Position numbers and translations under genes: made by a program. Shown here piece by piece: positions 36,742 to 48,966 of a stretch of DNA of 64,000 nucleotides. How positions within the stretch are numbered: the stretch's first letter is position 1; each line of letters starts with the position of its first letter. The notes under the pieces were generated by a model, which worked only from the letters and a program-made list of their open reading frames with translations, did not search any database and was not told where the DNA came from. The DNA is taken from assembly GCA_030390025.1 (NCBI GenBank), contig CM059432.1, positions 109,370,001 through 109,434,000 on the forward strand. The letters are read 5' to 3'. The stretch comes from Squalus acanthias (Eukaryota).

Positions 36742-37429
36742 TAACAACAACAACTTGTATTTATATAGCACCTTTAATGTAGTAAAATGTCCCAAGGCAC
36801 TTCACAGGAGTATTATAAGACAAAAAAAATTGACACATAAGGAGAAATTAGGGCAGAGAGGTAGGTTTTAAGGAGTGTCTTAAAGGAGGAAAGAGAGGTA
36901 GAGAGGCGGAGAGGTTTAGGCAGGGAATTCCAGAGTTTAGGGCCAAGGCAACAAAAGGCACGGCCAACAATAGTTGAGCGATTATAATCAGGGATGCTTA
37001 AGAGGGCAGAATTAGAGGAGCGCAGATATCTCGGGGGGGTTGTGGGGCTGAAGGAGATTATAGAGATGGGAGGGGCGAGGCCATGGAGGGATTTGAAAAC
37101 AAGGATGAGAATTTTGAAATCGAGGCGTTGCTTAACTGGGAGCCAATATAGTTCAGCAAACGCAGGGATAATGGGTGAATGGGACTTAGTGCGAGTTAGG
37201 ACACAGGCAGCCGAGTTTTGGATGACCTCAAGTTTACATAGGGTAGAACGTGGGAGGCCAGCCAGGAGTGCGTTGGAATAGTCAAGTCTAGAGGTAACAT
37301 AGGCATGGATGAGAGTTTCAGCAGTGGATGAGCTGAGGCAAGGGCGGAGATGGATGATGTTACGGAGGTGGAAATAGGCGGTCTTAGTTATGCTGCGGAT
37401 ATGTGGTCGGAAGCTCCTTTCAGGGTCAA
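36742..37429 (-). mobile_element. L2 LINE 3' part (continues at 56282)
   Basis: ORF 36813..37460 LIHAYVTSRLDYSN, LYWLPV, GPKLWNSLP; (AAC)n tail. Confidence 0.9.
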
Positions 37430-37710
37430 CTTCCTGGCACCATGGGTGGTTCTGCTGCATAGGACGGGAGGAAAAAGAGCGGGAGGGCTATAGTGATAGG
37501 GGATTCTATTGTAAGGGGAATAGATAGGCGTTTCTGCGGCCGCAAACGAGACTCCAGGATGGTATGTTGCCTCCCTGGTGCAAGGGTCAAAGATGTCTCT
37601 GAGCGGCTGCAGGGCATTCTGGAGGGGGAGGGTGAACAGCCAGTTGTCATGGTGCATATAGGTACCACCGATATAGGTAAAAAACGGGATGAGGTCCTAA
37701 ATATAGGGAG

Positions 37711-37925
37711 TGTCATAAATCGCAAGTAACAACTCAGGAAGTACTACTGGGCGGCCAGCTGGGGCGCCGTCCAGGGAGTATAAATACTCAGGCATGGGCC
37801 CACCTTGGGCAGAGACAATCTGGAAACAGGAAGCTAGTGACTGCTAACTAGACCTCCATGTTTTCTTACAAGTTGATTAAAGCCTTGCTTTATGTTCAAG
37901 TGCGTAGTGAGTCTTTATTACGTCA
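37711..37925 (+). mobile_element. 215-bp solo LTR
   Basis: TG...CA, 5-bp TSD GGGAG, TATAAATA 37779, ATTAAA 37876. Confidence 0.8.
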
Positions 37926-38720
37926 GGGAGTTAGGAGGTAAATTAAAAAATAGGACCTCAAAGGTAGTAATCTCAGGATTGCTACCGGTGCCACGTGCTA
38001 GTCAGAGTAGAAATAGAAGGATATTTCAGATGAATTCGTGGCTAGAGGAATGGTGCAAGGGGGAGGGATTCAAATTCCTGGGACATTGGAATCAGTTCTG
38101 GGGGAGGTGGGACCAGTACAAAGTGGACGGTTTGCACCTGGGCAGGACCGGGACCGATGTCCTTGGGGGAGTGTTTGCTAGTGCTGTTGGGGAGGGTTTA
38201 AACTAAAATGGCAGGGGGTTGGTAACCTGTGCAGGGAAACAGCGGAAAGGGAAGTAAGGATAGAAGCAAAAGACAGGAAGGAGAAAAGCAAAAGTGGAAG
38301 GCAGAGAAATCAAGGGTATAAATCAAACAGGGTTACAGTAAATAATAATTCTAAAAGGACTAAGGGGTAGAAATTAGGTCGCGCCCCATTTGGGGCGCAA
38401 ATATCGTCCGGACGCAAATATTAGCGCCTGGCGCTAATTATCGGCACTGACAGGAAACTTCACTTTTACCGCCCCGGGAGGTGAGTGGAGCGCTAAAGTA
38501 GGCGCTGCACACCTCTCTTAAGGCGCAAAGGCCAAGGAGTGAGGCGCTAACTCAGCGCACGAGCGCAGCGCAGCTGCTGCCAGTTAGCGAGGGAACACAG
38601 ACACACTGGCGCCGGACACTTCTTAAAGCGGGGGGGGCCACTTGCTCCCCAGCCACACCCTGCTCATTGCAGCCTTGAATCTCAGCCTGGAGAGACCTGT
38701 AATCCATTTTGCTGCCAAGC

Positions 38721-40599
38721 ATGGAGAGGGTGAGAGAACGCGCTCATCGCTTCACCGAGCGGGCCTTGGATGCTCTGGTTGACGCAGTGGAGCGCAGACG
38801 ATGCATGCTGTTCCCGGAGAGTGGCAGGAGGCCTTTGCCACGCGAGTTCAGAAGAGTGTGGAGGGAGGTGGCTCAGAGCGTCTCCTCCAGGAGCATGGTG
38901 CCCAGGACCCATACTCAATGCCGCAAAAAGTTCAACGACCTCACTCGGGTCGTCACGGTGAGTGGCTTTTTCTCAATACCTCTCCATCCCTCCATCTCAA
39001 CCTCACTCTATGGCCAGAGGGTCTTAAAACCCCAATGCACAACACTCATCCAACACCTATGGCCCTTTCATCAAACACACACACACATTCCACACTTTGC
39101 ATACAGTAAGGGCTATTCACCTATGGGAGGCACATCAGGCAAGACCATGGCTGTATATTGTAAGGGCTATTCACCTATGGGAGGCACATCAGGCAAGACC
39201 ATGGCTGTATATTGTAAGGGCTATTCACCTATGGGAGGCACATCAGGCAAGACCATGGCTGTATATTTACTCAGATGCTGTCCTTTTTCTTGCAGGCTAA
39301 GCTGGCTCATAATCGGAGACAGCAGCAACGGACGGGTGGAGGGCGGCTTCAGCTGCAACCCCTCAGCGATCTGGAGGAGCGCGTCCACAGGATTGTGGCA
39401 AGCCGGGTGATCGGTCCCGTCGCCACTGGAGACGCTGACCCCGTTGTGGACAGCAATGGTAAGGTCATCACCTTTTTGTCCTCTGTCCTTCCACTTGTCC
39501 CTCACAATACCAGCCTTTGACACTTTCAATCCAACTTGCTAACTTGCTGCACTTATTCCTCCCTTACTGCCACCCTGTCCTCACGCTAAAGCCACTCTTG
39601 TACCTCCCTGCTTTCAGATGGTGATTCACCAGCTGAGGAGACGGGCCCTGAAGCTGCCACTGGGAGTGATGCTGCAGCTGAGGAGGAAGAGGAAGCCGGA
39701 GCATCAGTGCCACCCTCTCCCGAGGAAGCCCATGCCCACACTGGGAACACGCCTTCCCCGGAGGGGAGCAGGGGGGAAGGGGCTGATGATGGTGAAGCTC
39801 CAGGACCCAGCGGGCTGCAGCAACGCCATGGGGGGGGGGTAGGGAAGAACGGGGGCCTTCTCCCCAGAGGGAGAGTATGCCAGACACTCCTACTGCAATG
39901 GACGCAGAGGAGGAGCGGCTGATTGCAGAAATGAACACCCAGGCGGTGGGCATGCACACTGAGCTCATGGGTGCAGTGGGAAGGGTGCCCGATTGCATTG
40001 AGTCACTGGCAAGGAGTGTGGAGCACTTCGCTGTAGCACAGGCGGATGCCACACTAACGCTTAGTGCTGCAATTCAGTCACTGGCTGCCGTGATCCCACC
40101 TCTGACTGCTCTCATACAGACTCAGATGGAGGCCACGCGAGCACAGACTGCTGCCAACCTCGATGGTTCGTGCACATGTCCCCGGGGCTGTCACCGCGCC
40201 GCAGCAGGCCAGCAATCTGTTCTCCGGCAAATTGCTCCGGATGCTGAAGTGCTGCCCCGTGGGAGTGCCAGTGTGTCGGGCGAGCAGGGAGTTGCTGGCC
40301 TCTCTCGCGATGACAGCATTCCTGCTGCCAACACTGTCACTTCTCCACTGCACTTGCCACCGCCTGTAGGACAGACTGCTGCCGCCCATGCAGAGTTGGT
40401 GCAGTCTGCAGCCGGGCCCTCCAGGCCCAGAAGTGGTCGAGGCCATCCTTCAGGGGCATCTGCAGTGTCATGGTCTGACGAGCAGCAGCCTTCCACCAGC
40501 CTTGCTGCAGCCACTGAGGTCCCATTACGGAGGAGCAGTAGGGTTAGAAGGGGGGAAGTGCGCAAGGGAAGGAGATCACCCTCGAAGGGCAAAAAGTAG
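38721..40599 (+). pseudogene. Myb/SANT-like gene copy 3, exons 38721-38957, 39296-39458, 39618-40599; only lesion is G10 instead of G8
   Basis: Poly-G 39830-39839 shifts frame; could be a homopolymer assembly error. Confidence 0.85.
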
Positions 40600-40893
40600 G
40601 AGGTGTGCCAAAATGCTGGTCATTTTTTTATTAAAGGCCGAGGTTCATGGTCCAACTTTTGTTTAGTGTTTTGGACATTATCTCCAGGTTGTGAGAACCA
40701 GTTATGTTATTGACTGTTTTTTTGTGTTTATTTCTATGAGTTTGTCATGAGGAATTGACACACACAGAGTTTGTAAAATAAATAAGTTTCTGTATTCAAA
40801 ATATACATGGCTGGTGGTTGGAATTGTTGGTGCCTTGGCCGGCTTAGGGGTTGCGTGCTGGGTTGATTAGTGTTTGTAGCAATGGCAGGGGCC

Positions 40894-42046
40894 CTAGAAG
40901 CGGCTTGTTATTAGTCGTTGACGGACGGCCCTTGCAGTTTGACCATTGTGGGCCGCCCTCCTGCCTTGGTGCTGCTGATGATCATCGTCCTCGTCCTGTT
41001 CCTCCTCTTCCTCCTCCTCCTCCTCCTCTGGTGGTGCTACAAGGCCTGGTCCTGAGGATTGCCATGTTGTGCAACATGCAGCACACGACTACGAAGTTCG
41101 AAACTTGCTCAGGCGAGTACTGCAGGGCTCCTCCGGAATGGTCCAGACAGCGGAACCGTTGTTTCAGCACGCCGATTGTGCGCTCAATAATGTTCCTGGT
41201 TGCTTGATGGCTTTCATTGTACCGCAGCTCAGCAGGGGTGTTTGGCGTACGGAGCGGTGTCATCAGCCAGGTGCTCAATGCGTACCCCTTGTCCCCCAGA
41301 AGCCAACCAACTGGCTGATGCGGTGCCTCGAAAACTTCTGCCACAGTAGTCTGGCGCAGGATGAAAGCATCGTGGCAGCTGCCCGGATAGTGGGCATTGA
41401 CAGCGAGTATCACTTGTCTGTGGTCACACACCAACTGCACATTCAAGGAATGGAACCCCTTTCTGTTCCTGAATTCCTCTGCATTCTCTCGCAGAGCACG
41501 CAAAGCCACATGCGTGCAGTCAATGGCGCCCTGCACCATGGGGAAGCCTGCTACCCTCGCAAAGCCCAGAGCACGGTCACGCTGCTTGTCTGGGGTCATA
41601 GGGAAAGAGATGAAGTCTCGTCTCCTTCTGAAGAGGGCATTGGTGACCTGCCGGATGCAGCGATGCACCGCAAACTGGGAGATATTGGCGAGGTCCCCAA
41701 CAGCAGCTTGGAATGAGCCAGTGGCGTAGAAGTTCAAAGCCACTGTGACCTTCACTGCCACCGACAGAGACGTCCTGGACCTCAGCTGAGGCTGCAGATC
41801 TGGCTGCAGCAGGTGGCAGAGCTCAGTGACCACCTCCTTGCTGAATCGCAGCCTTCGCAAACACAGCTCCTCGGACATATGGATGTAGGAGAGCTGTTCA
41901 CGATATACCCTGGGAGGGTAAGCTCTCCTGTACATGCGCCTGATGGCCCTCCTCCGTCTTGCCATCATTGCCACTCTCTGTCTGCGTCTCAGTATCCTCC
42001 GATTCAGCTGGAGAAGGACGACGCTCCCAATCATTGCAGCCCCCAT
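40894..42046 (-). pseudogene. Transposase copy 3, intact DDE core, 14-bp deletion frameshifts the acidic C-terminus
   Basis: GGCATTGGCTGGGT missing near 41050; ORF 40982..42046 (354 aa). Confidence 0.88.
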
Positions 42047-43109
42047 ATTCTCTTTGCCAGAAAAGTAATGAGGTACAGCAACTAAAGTAGCAACAAAGTT
42101 AGGATGAACTAGGCAAAACTACCTCACAAAGCGTTGAGTCAATGTAGAAGTCTCTCTCTCTCTCTCTCCGAATCTCTCTCTCTCTCTCAGAACGAGTGGT
42201 GCATAAATGTCGACCACGGAAAAAGACAGGAAGAGGCCCCCTTTAAATAGCGCCCCCCCCCAGCCCCACACCGATTGATAACGTTCCAGTCTTCCGGTCG
42301 TTGGAAGCGCCAGGCGGTAAGGCAGGGGGCGCCACTCAATTTCCGCTCCGGGGCGCCCCAAGGGCGTTGCACCATGGAATGACGTCACAATCTGCGCGTG
42401 CAGGTGGTCGCAGCGGTAAGTTTTAGCGCCGCCGCACAATCTCAAGTTAAGTTCTCGAGCGGCGCAAACAGCGCTGCGCCCGGGCGTTAGCGGCTTAACG
42501 CCCCATTAGCGCCCTCTTAAGGCGCTAATGGGAGGCGCAACCAAGTGAATTTTTACCCCTAAGAGTGTTAAAAAAACAAGCCTGAAGGCTTTGTGTCTTA
42601 ATGCGAGGAGCATTCGTAATAGATGTAAACGGATATGATATAATTGGGATTACGGAGACATGGCTCCAGGGTGACCAAGGCTGGGAATTCAACATCCAGA
42701 GGTATTCAATGCTCAGGAAGGACAGACAGAAAGGAAAAGGAGGTGGGGTAGCATTGCTGGTTGAAGAGGAGATTAACACAATAGTAAGGAAGGATATTAG
42801 CTCTGATGATGTAGAATCTGTATGGGTAGAGCTGAGAAATACCAAGGGGCAGAAAACATTAGTGGGAGTTGTATACAGACCCCCAAATAGTAATGCTGAG
42901 GTTGGGGATGGCATTAAACGGGAAATTAGAGACGCGTGCAATAAGGGCACAGCAGTTATCATGGGTGACTTTAATCTACATATAGATTGGGCCAACCAAA
43001 TTAGTAACAATACTGTGGAGGAGGAATTCCGAGAGTGTATACGGGATGGTTTCCTGGACCAATATGTCGAGGAACCAACTAGAGATCAGGCCATCTTGGA
43101 CTGGGTATT

Positions 43110-43868
43110 GGCCTAGAAATTCGAATGGCCGGCTTGCCGCGGGGGTAAGGATCGCGCGTGCTCTTACCTACCGCGCCTGCCGTTGTGTTTCAGGCCCACA
43201 GGAACTTCGGGTCCTGGGCCTCTCCCAAGAGCCGGCGCGCAGTGCTTGCGTGTCCCACGGCGCAGTTAGTGCGATGCGACTCCTGGGATCACGTGGGCCA
43301 TGGAGAGCCAATGGCAGCAGACCATCTTTCATTCATAGATTTGACAGGAAGACCTGTCAAATCTATGAATACAAATCGCCCCCAAAAGAACAGCTAAACC
43401 TCAAATAAATTTTTTAAAAAACCAATCACATTAATAAAATAACTATAGTTAAATAAATTAACCACTTTAAACAAAAATTTAAATTTTTGAAAAAATTTAA
43501 ATTCTTTTTAAAAGTTATAAAAATAAACTTACCTTTCTTTAAAGTCTCTAAAAAAGATAAACCTGTTGAAAAATTTTTAAAATTATACTTAATTAACTAC
43601 TTACCTTGTTCAAAAGGGGTCTTACTTTTTACTTGTGTAAAATCTTCCATACTTACCCTCGCGTTGAAACCTGAAAAAAAACCTAAGTGTGCTGCGTGCG
43701 CACAGTCTCTAGTGCACACGCGGTTCACCTAGGAACCGCCCCCTTCGCCATACCGGAAGTGCCGGTTTCCCGCGCATGTGCAGTGCATGCAGGAAACTGG
43801 CACTTCGGGACCGAATACGGGTGTGTACGCAACGGGTACTCTCCCGTATTCGGCCGAATTTTTGGGGC
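43110..43868. mobile_element. 759-bp Harbinger-type MITE in the CR1 APE domain
   Basis: GGCCTAGAAATTCG / CGAATTTTTGGGGC, TSD ATT; removal restores LDWVLCN. Confidence 0.9.
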
Positions 43869-44475
43869 ATTATGTAATGAGAAAGGATTAATTAGCAATC
43901 TTGTTGTGCGAGGCCCCTTGGGGAGGAGCGATCATAATATGATAGAATTCTTCATTAAGATGGAGAGTGAAGTAGTTGACTCAGAGACTAGGGTCCTGAA
44001 TTTTAAAAAAGGAAACTATGATGATATGAGGCGCGAGTTGGCTAGGATGGATTGGGGAGCATTACTTAATGGGTTGACGGTGGATAGGCAATGGCAAACA
44101 TTTAAAGATCGCATGGATAAACTACAGAATTTGTTCATCCCTATTTGGCATATAAATAAAACAAAAAAGGTGACTCAACCGTGGCTAACAAGCGAAATTA
44201 GGGATAGCATAAGATCCAAGGAGAGGACATATAAATTGGCCAGAAAAAGCAGCAAACCTGAGGATTGGGAGCAGTTTAGGATTCAGCAAAGGAGGACAAA
44301 GGGATTAATTAAGAGGGGGAAAATAGAATATGAGAGTAAGCTTGCAGGGAACATAAAAACTGACTGTAAAAGCTTCTATAGATATGTGAAGAGAAAAAGA
44401 TTGGTGAAGTCAAGCATAGTTCCCTTGCAGTCAGAATCAGGGGAATTTATAATGGGGAACAAAGAAATGGTAGAC

Positions 44476-45015
44476 TGTTGGGGAGAAAATTAGATTCTCA
44501 GAGACTGTAAAGTCCAAAAACACACAGTTTATTGACAAAGTACTTTGGGAGCAGGAGTCAAAGGTCCCGTGACCTAATGTAACATCCTCCTCGTTTAACC
44601 TTTGGTCAGTACAGCTTATATTCAATATTTCTGGCTACATGCCATCATACATCGATTTTTGTCCAATTATATGGTATTACATTAATCACCTGATTATATT
44701 TTGCCTTTATCTATATTTATTTGGCAACAATCATAAAAGCAGTTACATCTTGTTACGCTTTTTTGAGCATGGTCTAATCCCACAGTTTACTACTGTATGT
44801 TATCTGTGATTGGCACCGTGCCTACAGTCTCTAGCTAACTTTGTAAAAGGCCTCTTTCAATACCGTTTATTAAACACCGAACCCTCCCTCAAAAATCTGT
44901 CTGGCAGCTGTAATTATATCTATTCCTTATCTTGTTTTGCAAAACCTTCACTGCACATGGTTTTATTGCAAATTGTGTAGAAATTGAATTTGACCATTTC
45001 AAATTAACTCTTTCA
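44476..45015 (-). repeat. 3' LTR
   Basis: Minus strand TGAAAG...CAACA; 3 mismatches to 52501-53040 by eye. Confidence 0.97.
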
Positions 45016-45028
45016 GTCCCTCCTGTTT
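45016..45028 (-). promoter_or_regulatory. Polypurine tract
   Basis: AAACAGGAGGGAC abutting the 3' LTR. Confidence 0.8.
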
Positions 45029-45267
45029 GGTCCCGGATCAAGCTTTTTGTCCCGGGAACCAATTACCTTGCCTTTGTTACCATCCCCAGGGTTATAACCC
45101 TGTATTGATGGTTTAGGATCCCTGTCCTGAGGACCCATCCTTGTTTCTCTCTGCATCAGATAGAATGGGTTCAGTGTTTAATTCTTTGTTACATAAAAAT
45201 GCCATCTCCTTCCTCCTCCCATAGCAGCATCATGGGGGCCGCTTTTGCTACCCCCACAATTGATTGT

Positions 45268-47139
45268 TTACACACGCATTTTAATAGTAATCATAGAATA
45301 CGTAATCAAGATTATGATGAAGAACAAAATCAATCCTTGTGCTATTGATGTCCCCAACGTCCCTAGCCACCTAGTTGCCCAGCTCCAGAGGGTAAGTGCT
45401 GGAGGTTGCTTTAATTTCTTTACCTCCTGTTGTATATGCTCAGCCAGATTAGTTATATTTTCTGAGTTGTCTGGAATGTAGGTACAACATTCTGACCCTA
45501 TTATTGCGCACTTTCCTCCTTCTTTGGCCAGAAGGTAATCGAGGGCCATCCTATTCTGAAGGGTTACTGTTCTTAAAGCGACCATCTCCGCATTAACATG
45601 TCTCAAAGCTTCGGCTGTGTCGTTGGCTACTTGCTCTAACACCGCTGCTATGTTAATAGATTCTCTTGCTAACTTCCCCGCTCCATACCAGGGGAAGGCA
45701 ATAGCGAAGAACCTTTCGGTTTCTGTGATTGCTCTTTTTGTGCGTAGAGTTAGGGTCTTAGTAATTCGGGTATACGGGATTACATGTCCCGTGTAACATG
45801 ACCCTGTCCAGGACTGGGATACGGGATTACATATCCCGTGTAACATGACCCTGTCCAGGACTGGGATACGGGATTACATATCCCGTGTAACATTACCCTG
45901 TCCAGGACTGGGATACGGGATTACATATCCCGTGTAACATGACCCTGTCCAGGACTGGGATACGGGATTACATATCCCGTGTAACATGACCCTGTCCAGG
46001 ACTGGGATACGGGATTACATATCCCGTGAAACATGACCCTGTCCAGGACTGGGATACGGGATTACATATCCAGTGTAACATGACCCTGTCCAGGACTGGG
46101 ATACGGGATTACATATCCCGTGTAACATGACCCTGTCCAGGACTGGGATACGGGATTACATATCCCGTGTAACATGACCCTGTCCAGGACTGGGGCAACC
46201 ATGGATATGCCTTGTGGCCGCATATAAAATAGGTACCGTTATCGGCAGTGAGGGATTGTACTGTTTCGGGGATCCATTTCTGTATGAAACTACTGCCGCT
46301 GTTGGTGAGATTCTTGAACGAAAGTCTGGAACCGTCAGCGTCTTTATTTAAGTTCCAAGACTGTGAGCAACGACTCCATCCCACCTCTGTTCCCTTTTCT
46401 CCTTTCTTTAGGTTTCTGATTATGCATATTGCTCCCTGGGGTCTACCTACCCCTGAGGTATTTGTTAACATCAAAGACGGGGGTGGTTGAGTACGATTGT
46501 ATTTGGGCTGATACCACCCCTGGAAGGTGGTCAGGTTGTAACCTGACGATTGCCATTCCTTTTTATCCCCACTCACATCCACCTCATAGGTCCCTCGTTT
46601 AGTTTGAGCTCCCATCCTGAGATCATTCCTGGAAGAGTTTTGATTTAAATACCATGCTGCCATCTCTGACTCATTAAACGGTACTGGTCTTAAAGGGATC
46701 CCTTCCTGTGCATGTATAGGAATGTGTGCACATACCCAACATTTAGATACATTACTTCGTTTTGCATAAGTATAAGACATATACAGAAATGTGTTTACAT
46801 TTAATTCTCATTTCAACCGTCTGTTTGATTTCTCTTTTTGATATTTCTGGGCTGTGGGACACCGTAAGTCAATAGGCAAGGAGTATCCCCGCATGGGACA
46901 GTCCAATTACTCCTGCCAGTTATATAAGTTCTTGAACCTTTGGTAAGCCAGGTTGTAGTGTCGGTTTCTCGCTCCAGCCTCCACTCCTCTCCGTCTCTTT
47001 CATCAGGGGCTGGGCAGTTAATCGTATCTTGGTCACACAATTGTATTGGATCTTGTCTCCGAAGAAGGCATTTGTATTTCAACGAGGCAATGTCCGTAAC
47101 GCATATTGCGATTACACTAATACACATAAGCAATTTCAT
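45268..47139 (-). pseudogene. env: Envelope gene (signal peptide, SU, TM), disrupted
   Basis: MKLLMCISVIAIC signal; CWVC; furin RTKR; ISD LQNRMALDYLLA; CX6CC; TM helix; frameshift and TGA near 46810 plus repeat expansion. Confidence 0.92.
45772..46194. repeat. 47-bp tandem repeat x9 inside env SU
   Basis: GGACTGGG recurs every 47 bp from 45811 to 46187. Confidence 0.97.
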
Positions 47140-47245
47140 CTTATTACTCTAAATTAACAATGTCCCAAAGGCTATATCGCCAACCTAACTATTTGTTGCT
47201 TGTAGATTCTGTTCTTCCTGTGCGAGTGTGATAATAATACAATTA

Positions 47246-48966
47246 TTAGTTTGGTTCTCTGAGCACAACCATTTGGATTTCCTCCCTTACTACCGGCCGG
47301 AGTTGATGTTGGCTTCCTCCTGCATGGTACCATTCCTGGCTTTCTCCTTCTGAGGTATCTTTGTGTAGTTTACTAATATTTATTTCTTCCACCTGAACAC
47401 TGGCTACACTTTCTTCGATTGTCTCGTGTTCGAGAGCCTGTTGTGCAGCCAGGTCGGCTGCATGATTACCCTCCTGTTCTATACTCTGTATCTTTTGGTG
47501 CGCTTTTATTTTCATTACTGCTGCCTGCGTTGGGGCTTTTGCCGCTTCTAGGAGGTCTTCTATACGTTGTTGGTGCTTAATATGATCCCCTCCTGTTGTT
47601 ACGAATCCCCTCCTTCCCCAAGCTGTCATGTAATCATGTACTACCCCAAACGCATATCTACTATCTGTGTAGATGTTTACAGTTCTGTCTTTAGCTAATT
47701 CCAGGGCTTTCGTTAGGGCTACTATCTCTGCCACTTGTGCCGAGAGCCCCCCGTCTAACCTTCCAGATAACTCAGTTTCCAACTGGCCATTAACAACTGC
47801 CCACCCGGTTCGTGGTGTTCCGTTAATATACTTTCGGGATCCATCCACCTAAAGGGTAAGCTGAGCTTCCTCCAGTGGTTCATCCTGTATTGGGCTACTA
47901 TCAACTTCGTCATCTACATCCGCACATTCATGGGGTTCTCCCATCCCTAGAATACCTTCTGCTGGGTTCTCCCCGGTGTCCCGAACGATTTTTACTGATT
48001 CATCTTTGGGTATCAATACAGCTTCCCATCGTGCCCTACGCATGTTTGACACTGACCTCAATTTGTTGTTATTTAGCATTTCTACCAACGTATGTTTGGT
48101 GTGCAGGGTGATATCCCCGGTCATTACCGTGGGTTCGCTCACCCTCACAGCGCATGCTGCACAATCTAATGCTGCTACACATCGTGACAGCCCTGCAGCC
48201 ACCGGTGACTGCTGGGTGGAATAGTATGCTACTGGTCGTTTTCTGTCTCCATGCTGCTGGGTAACTACTGCAGCATAGAATCCTCCCTCATGTTCACAGT
48301 GTATATGGAATGGCTTTTTCATATCGGGTAGCCCGAGTCCCGGGGCTGTTATCAATGCCTGTTTTAATTTTCCATATGCTTCCTGTTGCTCATGTCCCCA
48401 TTCAATGAGGGCGTTACCGGGGCTCCCCCCTTTTACGAGCCTCTGAATCGGTTCCGCTATCGCTGCGAAATTAGGTATAAAGTTCCTACTATAATTAAAA
48501 AGACCCAGGACTTTTCTGACTCCTCTGACTGAGACCGGTCGAGGCATTTCTTGTATTGCCTTTCGACGGTCACTAGGCATTGTCCTGACCCCCTGGGATA
48601 TTTGTTGTCCCCAGTAAGTAACAATGCTCTGTCCAATCTGAGCCTTCCTGGGGTTTACTTTAAATCCACCCTTTTCTAGTGCTTGTAGGATTACACCCAG
48701 GGCTGCTGCATGCCCCTTTTCATCCTCTGATGCTATTAACAGATCATCTACATATTGTAATACGGTGCTACTGTACGGGGAAAGATCTATAGGTTCTAAT
48801 AATGAACTCATTACCCGATGAAATATTGCTGGACTATTGTGGAATCCCTGTGGCAATCGGGTCCACGTGTACTGTTTATTTCCCACGGTGAAGGCGAACT
48901 TACTCTGGGACTCCGGGTCCAAGGGCATGGACCAGAATCCGTTGGCTATGTCCAATACTGTAGTTT
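47246..48966 (-). pseudogene. pol: pol remnant: RT (N-terminus missing), tether, RNase H; no protease or integrase
   Basis: VLDIANGFWS, WTRLPQGFHNSP, QYVDD; TAG at 47849-47851 then DGS, SAQVAE, YTDSRY, KAH, GNHAAD. Confidence 0.93.

Larger units (their letters stand above)
38364..42559 (+). mobile_element. PIF/Harbinger transposon, copy 3 (4196 bp)
   Basis: TIR GGGGTAGAAATT / AATTTTTACCCC, TSD TAA. Confidence 0.97.

Noticed and set aside
14768..42559. Segmental duplication or misassembly behind the three Harbinger copies
   Set aside because: Similarity stops exactly at the TIRs; flanks, TSDs and mutations differ.
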